A stretch of DNA of 64,000 nt. Origin: an uncultured Pseudobdellovibrionaceae bacterium (lineage in GTDB: Bacteria > Bdellovibrionota > FAC87 > UBA2466). The stretch covers positions 8,770-72,769 of the forward strand of contig CAZTRP010000014.1 of assembly GCA_964616705.1 (NCBI GenBank), read 5' to 3'. Shown here in pieces: positions 9,971-19,523 of this stretch; positions within the stretch are counted from its first letter, which is position 1; each line of letters begins with the position of its first letter. The translations under genes and the position numbers were made by a program. A model generated the notes under the pieces. That model was not told where the DNA came from and made no database searches. It worked only from the letters and a program-made list of their open reading frames with translations.

Positions 9971-11341
9971 TTATCCGCGTTTTTTCTTTTCTGGAATCGA
10001 AAAAGCGTCTTCGCTGAAGTCTTCGCCACCACCACCGCCGCCTTTTCGTTTATTGACCATTCGCAGCGCAAGAGCCAACAACCCAATTCCAAGCGCCATC
10101 GTCAATGCGAAGGAGTTTTGGCTTAGGATTCTGCCAAAGTTTAATCCACCTTCTTTGCGTGGTTTTTTCTTTGGCTTGTTGAGGTCTTCTGCTAGCGGGT
10201 CCTGCCCTGGAGGCACTGCGCCCATATCGGGAGCCGTGTTTGCGCCAGCGATTTTTGTGTCAGCTGGCATAGGCGGTTGTGCGGCAACGGGCTCTGCCGG
10301 AGGCGGAGCGATTTGCGCGGGCGCTGTCTCGACCGGAGTTTGAACCACAGGAGTAGATGCTTCAAGAGAGGTAAACACCTTGATGGTCTGTCCGCGCTTC
10401 AAACTGTCGGGACGAGTTAGGCCGTTCACTACAGCAAGTTCTTTCCAGCTAGAGACGCTGCCCAACATCTTTTTTGCAATGGTGGACATCGTTTCGCCGG
10501 CACCGACTTTGTGTTGATCGGGAGTAAGGCCACGTTCGTCGTAAAACGAAATCATTTGTGCGTCGTCGGGCTGAACACTTGAGGCGAAATAAACGACTTT
10601 GCCAGGCATCCAACGACCTTTGTTCCATTTCTTAAGGTCGGTAGAGTGGCTCGCATCGCCATAGAGCAAGCTAGATACGCTCTTTGCGGTGTCGCCTTGA
10701 CGCAAGAAGTAGTAGCGGTTCAGGCTCTTGCCGCTTCGAGTTACTGCGCGTTCAGGAATTCGCGGAACGACTGCACCGGTGTAGCTAGCCTTTTTTGAAA
10801 ATGAGGCAGTATCGCTAAACGCTTGGGCTCCAGAACTATTTGCCGGATCCGAAAGACCCGCCAGAGCGTCTACTGTCGCAGCGTCTGTTGCACTTTCGGT
10901 GGATGCTACTAAAGGATCGGCGCCTGTTGTTGCCGCAGTGTCGGAGACTGCAGGGGGCGCGCTTTCGGTCGGAGCCGTCATTGCTGCATCACCTTGACCC
11001 GCGGACTTAGCAGCCACTTCCTCGGCGGAAGGGTCAAACAACGAATCCACAGCGGGATCCGTTTTCGCGGCGTCAGTTGCTGCGGTGGTCTCGGCTGCAG
11101 GTGTTTCTGCGCTAGACTCTCCGAAGATTTCTGCTTCGGTGGCGTTCGCCGATTCTTCTGTTGGAGTTTCTCCTCCATCAGCCGTCTCTGCGTAGCCGTC
11201 GACTTGCTCATTTTCTGCCACGTTGTTCTTGTTTGCGCATGCGCTCGCAAACCAAAGAGCCAACAAACATAGTGCCGCTAAAAAGCGTGGGCTGTGCTGC
11301 GTTTTCATACCAGCGATGACCCCCGAAAGGTTATTGTCCAA
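9971..11341 (-). CDS. LysM-domain protein with an N-terminal lipoprotein-type signal peptide and a C-terminal TM helix.
   Basis: It starts with the signal/lipobox-like 'LWFASAC'. An acidic A/T/E/S-rich low-complexity region follows. Two LysM-like segments contain '...YYFLRQGDTAKSVSSLLYG...' and '...HKVGAGETMSTIAKKML...'. A Pro-rich tract and a TM helix come next, and the tail is 'KRKGGGGGGEDF'. Confidence 0.8.
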   Translation of the reverse strand: MDNNLSGVIAGMKTQHSPRFLAALCLLALWFASACANKNNVAENEQVDGYAETADGGETPTEESANATEAEIFGESSAETPAAETTAATDAAKTDPAVDSLFDPSAEEVAAKSAGQGDAAMTAPTESAPPAVSDTAATTGADPLVASTESATDAATVDALAGLSDPANSSGAQAFSDTASFSKKASYTGAVVPRIPERAVTRSGKSLNRYYFLRQGDTAKSVSSLLYGDASHSTDLKKWNKGRWMPGKVVYFASSVQPDDAQMISFYDERGLTPDQHKVGAGETMSTIAKKMLGSVSSWKELAVVNGLTRPDSLKRGQTIKVFTSLEASTPVVQTPVETAPAQIAPPPAEPVAAQPPMPADTKIAGANTAPDMGAVPPGQDPLAEDLNKPKKKPRKEGGLNFGRILSQNSFALTMALGIGLLALALRMVNKRKGGGGGGEDFSEDAFSIPEKKKRG

Positions 11342-11418
11342 ACTTCTTGTCGGAAAATCTCAGGGAATAGTTAATACTTAGCGATTTCCACGCTCTAGAA
11401 AGGCCCAGGATTGTACTT

Positions 11419-13071
11419 ATGTCTTCGAAAACATTGAAAATTATCCCGCTCGGGGGGCTTGGCGAAATCGGTATGAACTGCATGGTTCTGGAGTGGGAAG
11501 AGCAAATGGTGTTGGTAGATTGCGGAATTCAGTTCCCCGATTTGCAATATCCGGGCGTTGAGTTGCTTACCCCGGATCTCACCTACGTGCGTCAACATGC
11601 AGATCGTCTATGCGGCGTGGTAATGACGCACGGCCACGATGATCACATCGGCGCCATTCCATTTCTACTGATGGATACGGATGTGGATGTTTACTGCACT
11701 CCTTTTCCGAGAGGGTTGTTGGAGAACAAACTTTCGGAATATCCGCAGCTCGAAGAAGTTCGATTTCATGAAATTTCCCCACAAAAGAAATTCAAGGTAG
11801 GCCCGTTCACCTTCGAGGCCCTTCCGGTGGCGCACTCCATCATTGAAGCTATGGCGCTGGCCATCGAAACCCCTGTAGGAGTGGTAATTCACTCGGGGGA
11901 TTTTAAGCACGACGCGTCATTGCTTGCTGGAGAACAAACGGGCTTTGAGGCCTTCAAAGCCTATGGTGACAAGGGTGTTCGACTTCTCCTAAGTGATAGC
12001 ACTAACGCAGAGCGCATCGGCCACACTATATCGGAAACAGATGTCACAGAGGCCTTTGAACCCATTTTCAAGGAACAGACGGGGCGTCTATTTTTAGCTT
12101 TGTTTGCTTCGAATATTCGCCGCATTGAAAACCTGCTTAAGGTGGCTAAGGCCCAGGGCAAAAAGGTGGCTTTTGCGGGGCGAAGCATGCATTCGTACAC
12201 TCGCTTGGCCCACGGCCAAGGCCAAATGGAACTGCCCGAAGACACCTTGGTTCCTTTGGAGGTAATTGGGCGTTTTACTGACTCTGAAGTTATTGTTCTA
12301 CTAACTGGGAGTCAGGCGGAACCTGGGGCTGCGCTTGTTCGCATCGCCAATGGCACTCACAAGGACGTTAAGATTCGTACGGGAGATCGCGTTATACTTT
12401 CGAGTCGGTTCATTCCAGGAAATGAGCGGGCAATTACTACGATGATCGATCAGCTCTACCGAGCGGGTGCGGAAGTAACCTACGAATCCATTTTGCCTAT
12501 TCACGTTTCTGGACACGGGTTTCAAGATGAGTTGCTGATGATGCTCAAGGCCTGTCGCCCTGAGTGTTTTATTCCCATCCATGGTGAGTACCGTCATTTA
12601 TCGAAACACGCACGTTTGGCCGAAAGCGCCGGTGTGCCTAAGGGCAATGTGTTGGTGATTGAAGACGGACAAGTCGTACACCTTGGCAAGTCCACCATTG
12701 AGTGGGGGCCCAAGCTTGAGTTGCGCAAGGGAGTCATTGTCGAAGGCCAGTTCATGGAGAGTGACCCTGTTGTTTTCTCCCAGCGCAACCAATTGGCGCG
12801 AACGGGGATCGTTTTTGTTTCTTTCGTGCGAGACAGAAAGTCACTTAGGCTAGTGGAGGCTCCTCGCGTGGCTTGCCATGGGATACTTTATCGAGAGGGA
12901 GTGCATCCAGAGGATGTTCCGTTGGATGCCGCCGAGATGTTGGAAGACTTCTATCCAGATTTAGCGCGCCGCGAAGACTGGAAAGAATTGGTAAAGATCG
13001 AAGTGCGCCGATTTTTTCGAAAGCGCGCAAGCCACAAGCCCGTTGTGGTGTCGGTGATGCAAGAAGTTTAG
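11419..13071 (+). CDS. rnj: Ribonuclease J (metallo-beta-lactamase / beta-CASP family).
   Basis: 'KIIPLGGLGEIGMNCMV' and the His motif 'THGHDDHIGAIP' are present. A beta-CASP/RNase J C-terminal region follows, and the length is 550 aa. Confidence 0.9.
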   Translation: MSSKTLKIIPLGGLGEIGMNCMVLEWEEQMVLVDCGIQFPDLQYPGVELLTPDLTYVRQHADRLCGVVMTHGHDDHIGAIPFLLMDTDVDVYCTPFPRGLLENKLSEYPQLEEVRFHEISPQKKFKVGPFTFEALPVAHSIIEAMALAIETPVGVVIHSGDFKHDASLLAGEQTGFEAFKAYGDKGVRLLLSDSTNAERIGHTISETDVTEAFEPIFKEQTGRLFLALFASNIRRIENLLKVAKAQGKKVAFAGRSMHSYTRLAHGQGQMELPEDTLVPLEVIGRFTDSEVIVLLTGSQAEPGAALVRIANGTHKDVKIRTGDRVILSSRFIPGNERAITTMIDQLYRAGAEVTYESILPIHVSGHGFQDELLMMLKACRPECFIPIHGEYRHLSKHARLAESAGVPKGNVLVIEDGQVVHLGKSTIEWGPKLELRKGVIVEGQFMESDPVVFSQRNQLARTGIVFVSFVRDRKSLRLVEAPRVACHGILYREGVHPEDVPLDAAEMLEDFYPDLARREDWKELVKIEVRRFFRKRASHKPVVVSVMQEV

Positions 13072-13138
13072 AGCGCCGGTTTCATAGCGCTTAAGCGCGC
13101 TACATTTTGTACCGAAGAGCGGTCGAGGATCATCGCCA

Positions 13139-14167
13139 ATGTCGATCGCACAAACGCAGCGCGTTGCCCAAACTCAGTTTTTTGAAGTTCGAGTGGGCTC
13201 CGTCATGATGGAGCAGAAGCTCCCTTATGAAGTTCACCTTCTCATCAGTGGCGAGCCAGTGCTGTTTCGAAAACAGGGCGACGTTATTTCTGCGGAACGC
13301 GCGAAACACCTTCGAGAACATACCGGTGTAAAGCTCCTCATTCCCGAAGATCAGCGTTCGCTCTATATGGATAGCTTGAAATCAGCCATCCGAAATCCTG
13401 ACGTTAAAGTAGAAGAAAAAAGCACGCTGATAAAGGAAACAGCCTTTGTTCATATTCACGCGCTCTTTACCAAAGAAGAAATTCTACCGGTGGTAGGCGA
13501 AGCGAAGTCCTTGGTGGAAGACATGGTCTCGTTCGTCTCGAGCGATGTCGCAGCGGTGAGCAACTTGATGCGCCTTTCGGCCCACGACTACTACACTTAC
13601 AACCACTCAGTGGATGTTGCGGTGTATTCGATTGTGCTGGCTAAGAAAATATTTGGTTCCGACGATCGTGAGTTATTGATTCAAGCCGGTTTGGGTGGGT
13701 TGTTGCATGATATTGGAAAACGCCGAATCGATCTAAACATCATCAATAAGAAGGGGCCTCTCACTCCAGAGGAGTGGGCAGAGGTAAAGAACCACCCCCA
13801 CTATGGCCACGAGTGCCTTAAGGACATGCAAGCGGTGCCCTTGGAGTCCAAACGCATCGTCCACGAACATCATGAAAATTTTGATGGCTCCGGCTATCCC
13901 AACGCTCTATCGGGCGAGTCAATTTCTAAGCTCTCTCGTGTCGTGATGATTGCAGACGTGTTTGACGCGCTCACTACGAAGCGCTCTTACCACGACGCTA
14001 TCAGTCCAGTGCAAGCACTTGAGATTATGCACGGCATGCAACCAGGCAAGTTTGATCCGAGCCTATTTACCTCGTTTGATCAAAAGTTTGTTTCCAAGCC
14101 GAAAGTAACTTTGGCCAAAGATTTCGATGCGTGTGAACCGAGAAAGCAGCGTCTTATTAAGAAATAG
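13139..14167 (+). CDS. HD-GYP domain protein (putative c-di-GMP phosphodiesterase).
   Basis: It contains the 'HDIGK' and 'HHENFDGSGYP' motifs. The true start may be the internal Met near nt 13205. Confidence 0.85.
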   Translation: MSIAQTQRVAQTQFFEVRVGSVMMEQKLPYEVHLLISGEPVLFRKQGDVISAERAKHLREHTGVKLLIPEDQRSLYMDSLKSAIRNPDVKVEEKSTLIKETAFVHIHALFTKEEILPVVGEAKSLVEDMVSFVSSDVAAVSNLMRLSAHDYYTYNHSVDVAVYSIVLAKKIFGSDDRELLIQAGLGGLLHDIGKRRIDLNIINKKGPLTPEEWAEVKNHPHYGHECLKDMQAVPLESKRIVHEHHENFDGSGYPNALSGESISKLSRVVMIADVFDALTTKRSYHDAISPVQALEIMHGMQPGKFDPSLFTSFDQKFVSKPKVTLAKDFDACEPRKQRLIKK

Positions 14168-14181
14168 GCAAAGGAGAGAAG

Positions 14182-14258
14182 TGGTAGGCGAAACAGGCCT
14201 CGAACCTGTGACCTTCTGCGTGTAAAGCAGACGCTCTAACCAACTGAGCTATTCGCCC
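14182..14258 (-). tRNA. tRNA-Val (anticodon TAC).
   Basis: The reverse-complement sequence folds as a cloverleaf: GGGCGAA-TA-GCTC-AGTTGGTTA-GAGC-G-TCTGC-TTTACAC-GCAGA-AGGTC-ACAGG-TTCGAGG-CCTGT-TTCGCCT-A-CCA. The acceptor stem has a G1-U72 pair, and the CCA end is encoded. Confidence 0.85.
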
Positions 14259-14327
14259 TCACTTTGCGCCTGGCATAATTGCCGATCTCGGGACGAATTG
14301 GAACTTTATTTTACGTTTAAGGTGGCT

Positions 14328-15146
14328 ATGGCGTTCAAATATGGGGTTGGGGTTATAGGCCTGGGAACGATGGGCCGGTGCATTGTGGCCGGACTCTTGG
14401 AATCGGGCAAGTTTGGCCCCAAAGCTATTGGTTTCACTACTCGCCAAGCAGTTTCCGCGGAAAAAGCCGCCCGAGAACTGGGAATCGTCGCTTGTTCCAG
14501 CAACGCCGAGCTTGTCGCTAACTCCGAAACTCTGATTTTAGCCGTAAAGCCCCAGAATATTGCCGAGATATTAGATGAAATCAGCCCCCACCTGCGTCCG
14601 GGCCAGACCTTGGTGTCTATTGTTGCAAGCGTTACGACGCAGAAGCTGGAAAAACATCTCGGAGCCCAGGTCGCCGTGATTCGCGCAATGCCGAACACCC
14701 CGGCGCTAGTGCGAGAGGGAATTACGGCCCTGAGTGGCGGTGCAAAAGCGTTGGAAAAAGATTGGGAACGAGCCACGGCGATTTTTGACAGGCTGGGCAA
14801 AGTTGTTCGGGTGGAGGAAAAGCACCTAGATGCCGTAACTGGCTTGAGTGGGTGTGGACCGGCTTACATCTATGTGATTCTAGAGTCCCTTACCGATGCG
14901 GGCATTAAGGTAGGCTTGCCTCGAGCGCTTGCGACGCAGTTGGCATCGCAAACCGTCTTGGGTGCAGTGAGAATGCTGATCGAAACGGGAAGGCACCCAG
15001 CTGCTCTGAAAGATGATGTCACTACACCGGCTGGCTGTACGATAGATGGGCTTATGGAATTGGAAGAAGGCAAACTCAGAGTGACGTTGATCAAGGCGGT
15101 CGTTCAGGCAACAAAACGAGCGGCTTCTTTGTCAGCACCCGATTGA
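14328..15146 (+). CDS. proC: Pyrroline-5-carboxylate reductase.
   Basis: The N-terminus has the Rossmann fold 'VGVIGLGTMG', and the C-terminal region has the P5CR dimerisation domain 'VTTPAGCTIDGL'. The start is set at the ATG preceded by an AAGGTG RBS. The ORF track's TTG at 14298 is an upstream extension. Confidence 0.9.
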   Translation: MAFKYGVGVIGLGTMGRCIVAGLLESGKFGPKAIGFTTRQAVSAEKAARELGIVACSSNAELVANSETLILAVKPQNIAEILDEISPHLRPGQTLVSIVASVTTQKLEKHLGAQVAVIRAMPNTPALVREGITALSGGAKALEKDWERATAIFDRLGKVVRVEEKHLDAVTGLSGCGPAYIYVILESLTDAGIKVGLPRALATQLASQTVLGAVRMLIETGRHPAALKDDVTTPAGCTIDGLMELEEGKLRVTLIKAVVQATKRAASLSAPD

Positions 15147-15215
15147 CTCTGGGCCTAACCAAAAAATAATTGGCCGAAGGGCTCAAGGCGCAGTACTTTT
15201 GATACGAGGGGAAAA

Positions 15216-16484
15216 ATGGCGGGCAAAGCAAAACTAACGTACGACGGAAAAGAATTCGAATTCAATATTATCGAGGGAAGCGAAGGCGAGCGTGCCATCG
15301 ATATCTCGAACCTACGGGCTCAAACGGGTCTGGTGACTCTCGACACCGGCTACATGAATACAGGCTCCTGCCAGAGCGCCATTACCTTTCTCGATGGTGA
15401 CCAAGGCATCCTGCGTTACCGCGGTTATCCCATCGAACAACTTGCGGAAAAATCCTCGTTCGTTGAGGTCAGCTACTTACTGATTTACGGTCGCCTCCCC
15501 ACCAGCGAGGAACTTGCAAGCTTTGGCCAACGCCTCACGCGGCACACCATGCTGCACGAAGACATGAAGCGTTTCTACGATGGGTTCCCCCGAGATGCGC
15601 ACCCCATGGCGACGCTATCGGCCGCAGTAAATACTTTGTCGACGTTTTACCAAGACGAGGCGGATGAATCTTTGTCGATCTTCCGCTTGCTTGCAAAGGC
15701 CCCGACGATAGCGGCCTTCTCGCACAAGAAGTCCATTGGGCAGCCTTTTGTCTATCCGACTAACTCGTTGGACTATTGCTCGAACTTCTTGAAAATGATG
15801 TTCTCCGTTCCTGCGGAACAGTTTCAAGTCGATCCCGTAGTGGCTAAAGCTGTGGACTTGCTTCTCATACTCCACGCAGACCACGAACAAAACTGCAGCA
15901 CCTCAACAGTGCGGTTGGTCGGAAGCAGCAAGGCCAATCTTTACGCCTCTGTCAGTGCGGCCATCTCGGCGCTCTGGGGACCACTACACGGCGGAGCGAA
16001 TCAAGCCGTTGTGGAGATGTTGGAAGTAATTCAAAAAGAAGGCGGGGACGTAAAAAAATACGTTCAACGGGTAAAGAACAAAGAAGAAGGCGCTCGCCTG
16101 ATGGGCTTTGGCCACCGTGTTTATAAGAACTTTGATCCTAGGGCCAAGATCATCAAGCGTGCTTGCGATAATATTTTGGAAAAGATGGGAATCCACGATC
16201 CCCTTCTCGATATTGCTAAGCGGCTTGAAGAAGCGGCATTGGCGGACGAATACTTTGTATCTCGCAAGCTATACCCGAACGTCGATTTTTATAGCGGCAT
16301 CATTTACCGTGCTATCGGGATACCTACCGAAATGTTCACGGTCCTTTTTGCTCTGGGACGTCTGCCAGGATGGATTGCTCAGTGGAAAGAGATGAACGAC
16401 GATGCTGCCAGCAAAATCGGCCGTCCTCGGCAGATCTATACAGGGTCTACAGCTCGAAACTACGTTCCAATTAACGAGCGGTAG
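15216..16484 (+). CDS. gltA: Citrate synthase (type II).
   Basis: 'GYPIEQLAE', 'LHADHEQNCSTSTVR' and 'GFGHRVYKNFDPRA' are catalytic His/Asp motifs of citrate synthase. Confidence 0.95.
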   Translation: MAGKAKLTYDGKEFEFNIIEGSEGERAIDISNLRAQTGLVTLDTGYMNTGSCQSAITFLDGDQGILRYRGYPIEQLAEKSSFVEVSYLLIYGRLPTSEELASFGQRLTRHTMLHEDMKRFYDGFPRDAHPMATLSAAVNTLSTFYQDEADESLSIFRLLAKAPTIAAFSHKKSIGQPFVYPTNSLDYCSNFLKMMFSVPAEQFQVDPVVAKAVDLLLILHADHEQNCSTSTVRLVGSSKANLYASVSAAISALWGPLHGGANQAVVEMLEVIQKEGGDVKKYVQRVKNKEEGARLMGFGHRVYKNFDPRAKIIKRACDNILEKMGIHDPLLDIAKRLEEAALADEYFVSRKLYPNVDFYSGIIYRAIGIPTEMFTVLFALGRLPGWIAQWKEMNDDAASKIGRPRQIYTGSTARNYVPINER

Positions 16485-16492
16485 AGCCTACT

Positions 16493-17461
16493 CTAGAAGT
16501 CAGCGCTTACAATAAAGAGCGCCTGAAACGAACTGTCGCGTTGTCCCAAGAGGAATTCATTTTCTGCTGGCCCATTGCCCGAAGAGACTCGGTAAGCGAT
16601 TTGTGCGCCTACGCTTATCGGATCATAAACTTTAAATAAGCCGCCGAGTCGAAGGCGATTGTAACTAGGGCCGTTTAAGTTTGAATTCCCTGTGGTTGGT
16701 CCTATTCTTGAATAACTTCCTGATGCCCCCAAGCTAAACGTGGCATCTGCAAAGAGATTCAGGCGTCGATCCCATTCCCAGTTGAGCCCAAGTCCAAAGC
16801 AGAGCCCACCTATTCCAATGGTTTCTATCGACGTACCGGCGACACGCCCCGAAGTTTGGGTTTCACTCACGCTGCCCCAACCGAGCAAAAAGCGGGGCCG
16901 CCAAAGCATTTTTCCAACCGCCACCGGATATTCTGCCCGGGCAGCAGCAATGAAGCTTAACTGTTTTATCTGACGAGTTTCCTCGTGCGCGTCGTCGTAG
17001 ACTAGAGTTTGGTTTGGGGTAAATGCGTAAGACAATTCAAGCTCAGCACCGAAGTTGGAGTTGAGACGGTACGATGCGCTTCCATTGATTGCGAAGCTAT
17101 CGGTAAGAAACGCTGTAGCGAGTATGGTTTCGTTGGCCGAATTGTTACTGTGCAAGGAGTTGTAGCCCAGGCCACCTTGAACGTGAAATCGTTTCACGGT
17201 GTTTTTTCGAGAGGGGCTTTGACTAGGAGGCGGCTCGTCTTCCAGCGGCTGTTTCTGAACGGCTTCGCGGGTGGGACGAATGGGTTTTTTCTCAGCTGGT
17301 GGCGGCGGTGCTTGGCGTCGTTTCAAGGGGGCCAGGTAATCGACCTCGGGTTCGCCAGCTTTGCGTTCTTGCTCGGGTACGGGAGTGCTTTCAGGTGGAA
17401 ACTCCGCCCAAGAATAGGTGGATACGAAAACACTCCAGAGAAGAATTAAAAAGAAGCTCAA
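16493..17461 (-). CDS. Putative outer-membrane beta-barrel protein with a Pro-rich periplasmic N-terminal region.
   Basis: It has a signal peptide, a Pro/Glu-rich linker and an alternating amphipathic beta-strand pattern. The C-terminus ends in '...FIVSADF' (terminal Phe). Confidence 0.6.
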   Translation of the reverse strand: MSFFLILLWSVFVSTYSWAEFPPESTPVPEQERKAGEPEVDYLAPLKRRQAPPPPAEKKPIRPTREAVQKQPLEDEPPPSQSPSRKNTVKRFHVQGGLGYNSLHSNNSANETILATAFLTDSFAINGSASYRLNSNFGAELELSYAFTPNQTLVYDDAHEETRQIKQLSFIAAARAEYPVAVGKMLWRPRFLLGWGSVSETQTSGRVAGTSIETIGIGGLCFGLGLNWEWDRRLNLFADATFSLGASGSYSRIGPTTGNSNLNGPSYNRLRLGGLFKVYDPISVGAQIAYRVSSGNGPAENEFLLGQRDSSFQALFIVSADF

Positions 17462-17765
17462 AGTGAGTTTATTCTAGCAGACAAATCTCAGCGGCGAATC
17501 GATTTCGCCCCAGCCCAGATATTCTCCAGGCTGGAGCGATACGTTGCGAATTCTAGATGTCGTTCCCGTTGCGAAGTCTAAGGTGTTCTCTCGAGGGGCT
17601 GTTAAACTTCGGATCAAGTCCGTGTGACAAGGATAAATTCGCGTTAAAAACTGAAGCGCCGCAACATTTGATAGCGCCTGCTAACAGCAAGGCCCAAATC
17701 GATGGGTTGACATCCGGCGCCACTCGCGACGAACATGGGGAAATTAACCAATCCTCAAATTACGC

Positions 17766-19523
17766 GTGGCAAAACAAAAAATCACATCCAGCAGCACAGC
17801 GGAATATTTTTCGAAGAACCTACAGCAGGTTGGCTTTTCTTCGCCCACTAAAGCTGTTCTCACAACTCTAAAGGAAGCTGTAGACAACTCTTTGGATGCT
17901 TGCGAGGAAGCAGGCATCTTGCCCGATATTTCGGTTTTCATCGAAAAGGTGGGAACGGGTACCCTTAAAAACACTGATTTGATCAAGATCCGCATTGAAG
18001 ACAATGGGCCGGGTCTTGAGCTCGACGATGTCACCAAAGTATTCGGTGAATACCTCGCTTCTTCAAAGTTTGGACGAGGAAGGTGCTCTCGAGGGCAGCA
18101 GGGTATCGGTATTTCCGCTGCCACGACTTGGGCGCAGCTTACTAGCGCCAAGGGCGTTCAAGTAATTACCAAGACGGCGAAAATGCGTCAGGCCGTTTCC
18201 ACCGTCGTAAATGTCGACATCAAGAACAACAAAGGAATTTTGCAGGACAAAAAGACGATTCAGTGGAATCGTCCACATGGCGTAAGCGTAGAGTTTTTGA
18301 TTGATGGGCGCCTGCAACTTCAGGGCGAAGGTGGCCTGCTGACCTATCTTACGGGCACGAGCCTTGTGAACCCTCACCTTACTTTGAAATACAAAATTGG
18401 CGATAATCCGTTGGAAACGGTTGAACGTGTCACCAAGGAATGCCCGAGTATCCCGGAAGCGACCGAGCCGCACCCGCACACGATGAAACTGGGCGAATTT
18501 ATCGCGCACTCTCACCTATTTGGAAAAATTACTGTCGGTGCATGGTTGAAGCGGGGTTTTTCCCGCATTACCGATAATACGATTCAAGATCTGGTAAAGG
18601 CCGGTATCAAAAAGGCCGTGTTTGAGAAGTCACTCGATTCCACGACGGAAACCGAGTTCAAGGACGTTTTCTCTAAACTCCAGTCCGTGCCCTTGATGGC
18701 CCCAAGTACGCGTTCTGTTATTACGATTGGGGAAGACGCCTTTTCCAAGAGCGTACGGCGCTTGGGCGAAATAGATTTCTTTTCCGTGGTAACGCGAAAG
18801 CCCACGATCTGTGACTTTAAGCCAGTGGCTGTCGAAGTAGCAGTGGCGCGTCTTAAGAACCCTTCAAAAGTTGTGGGGGAAGAAGATTCTCCTGCCTCGG
18901 TTCTTCGTTTCGCGAACCGTGTTCCGTTGCAGTTCGATAAGGCCGCTTGTGCGATGGTTAAATCTATCGAGTCGGTGAACTGGCGCACTTACGGACTTCA
19001 ACAGGCTAAAAATGGTGTACCGAGCGGGCCGTACGTTATTGCAGTGAGCCTGGTTTCCCCTTTCATTAAGTTTAAGAACGCCTCAAAGGAAACTGTCGAT
19101 GCGAGCGATGAGCTGGTCGAAGAGTTTCGAAGAGCTCTAATACAAGCGGGGCAGCGCCTTTCCAGGCACATTCGACGAGAGTCTCGAGAGGCAGATCTTG
19201 AAAACAAGATTCGCCATATTGAGCAGTTTTGTCCGATTTTAGTAGATTGTCTTTGCCGTATTACAAAATCGCCTGAGAAACGAAAGCAGAAGGCCACCGA
19301 AGGCCTAGTGAAACTCTTGGGTAGAGATGTGCGAGTGGCAGAGAAGCAGCTTGAAGAAGCGGTGGAAGATCACAAGAAGGCTCAGAAGGAAGGGAAGCTC
19401 CAAGTTGTCGACGAGGCAACTGGCGAAGGGGAATCCGCTGAGCAAAGCGAAGTAGTTGAGCAAAAGAAGGCGCCTTCAAAGAAGAAAGCGAAGCCCGCTC
19501 GTAGGGAGAAGAGTGCATCATGA
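17766..19523 (+). CDS. Type IIB DNA topoisomerase subunit B (Topo VI B-like, GHKL ATPase).
   Basis: Bergerat-fold motifs are present: the N-box 'LKEAVDNSLDACEEAG', G1 'IRIEDNGPGL', and G2 'GRGRCSRGQQGIGISAA' followed by 'VITKT'. A transducer-like region follows, and the tail is Lys-rich. The start is GTG. Confidence 0.85.
   Translation: MAKQKITSSSTAEYFSKNLQQVGFSSPTKAVLTTLKEAVDNSLDACEEAGILPDISVFIEKVGTGTLKNTDLIKIRIEDNGPGLELDDVTKVFGEYLASSKFGRGRCSRGQQGIGISAATTWAQLTSAKGVQVITKTAKMRQAVSTVVNVDIKNNKGILQDKKTIQWNRPHGVSVEFLIDGRLQLQGEGGLLTYLTGTSLVNPHLTLKYKIGDNPLETVERVTKECPSIPEATEPHPHTMKLGEFIAHSHLFGKITVGAWLKRGFSRITDNTIQDLVKAGIKKAVFEKSLDSTTETEFKDVFSKLQSVPLMAPSTRSVITIGEDAFSKSVRRLGEIDFFSVVTRKPTICDFKPVAVEVAVARLKNPSKVVGEEDSPASVLRFANRVPLQFDKAACAMVKSIESVNWRTYGLQQAKNGVPSGPYVIAVSLVSPFIKFKNASKETVDASDELVEEFRRALIQAGQRLSRHIRRESREADLENKIRHIEQFCPILVDCLCRITKSPEKRKQKATEGLVKLLGRDVRVAEKQLEEAVEDHKKAQKEGKLQVVDEATGEGESAEQSEVVEQKKAPSKKKAKPARREKSAS

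Noticed and set aside
9894-10343. A 149-aa plus-strand ORF rich in Pro and Gly.
   Set aside because: It is antisense to the C-terminal low-complexity region of the LysM gene. Its composition mirrors the Gly/Pro codons of the sense strand.
14168-14330. Genomic-island or integrase signal next to tRNA-Val. The same question applies next to tRNA-Asn at 59999-60074.
   Set aside because: No integrase, direct repeat of the tRNA 3' end, or compositional break is visible. Flanking genes are core metabolism (proC) or ordinary envelope genes.
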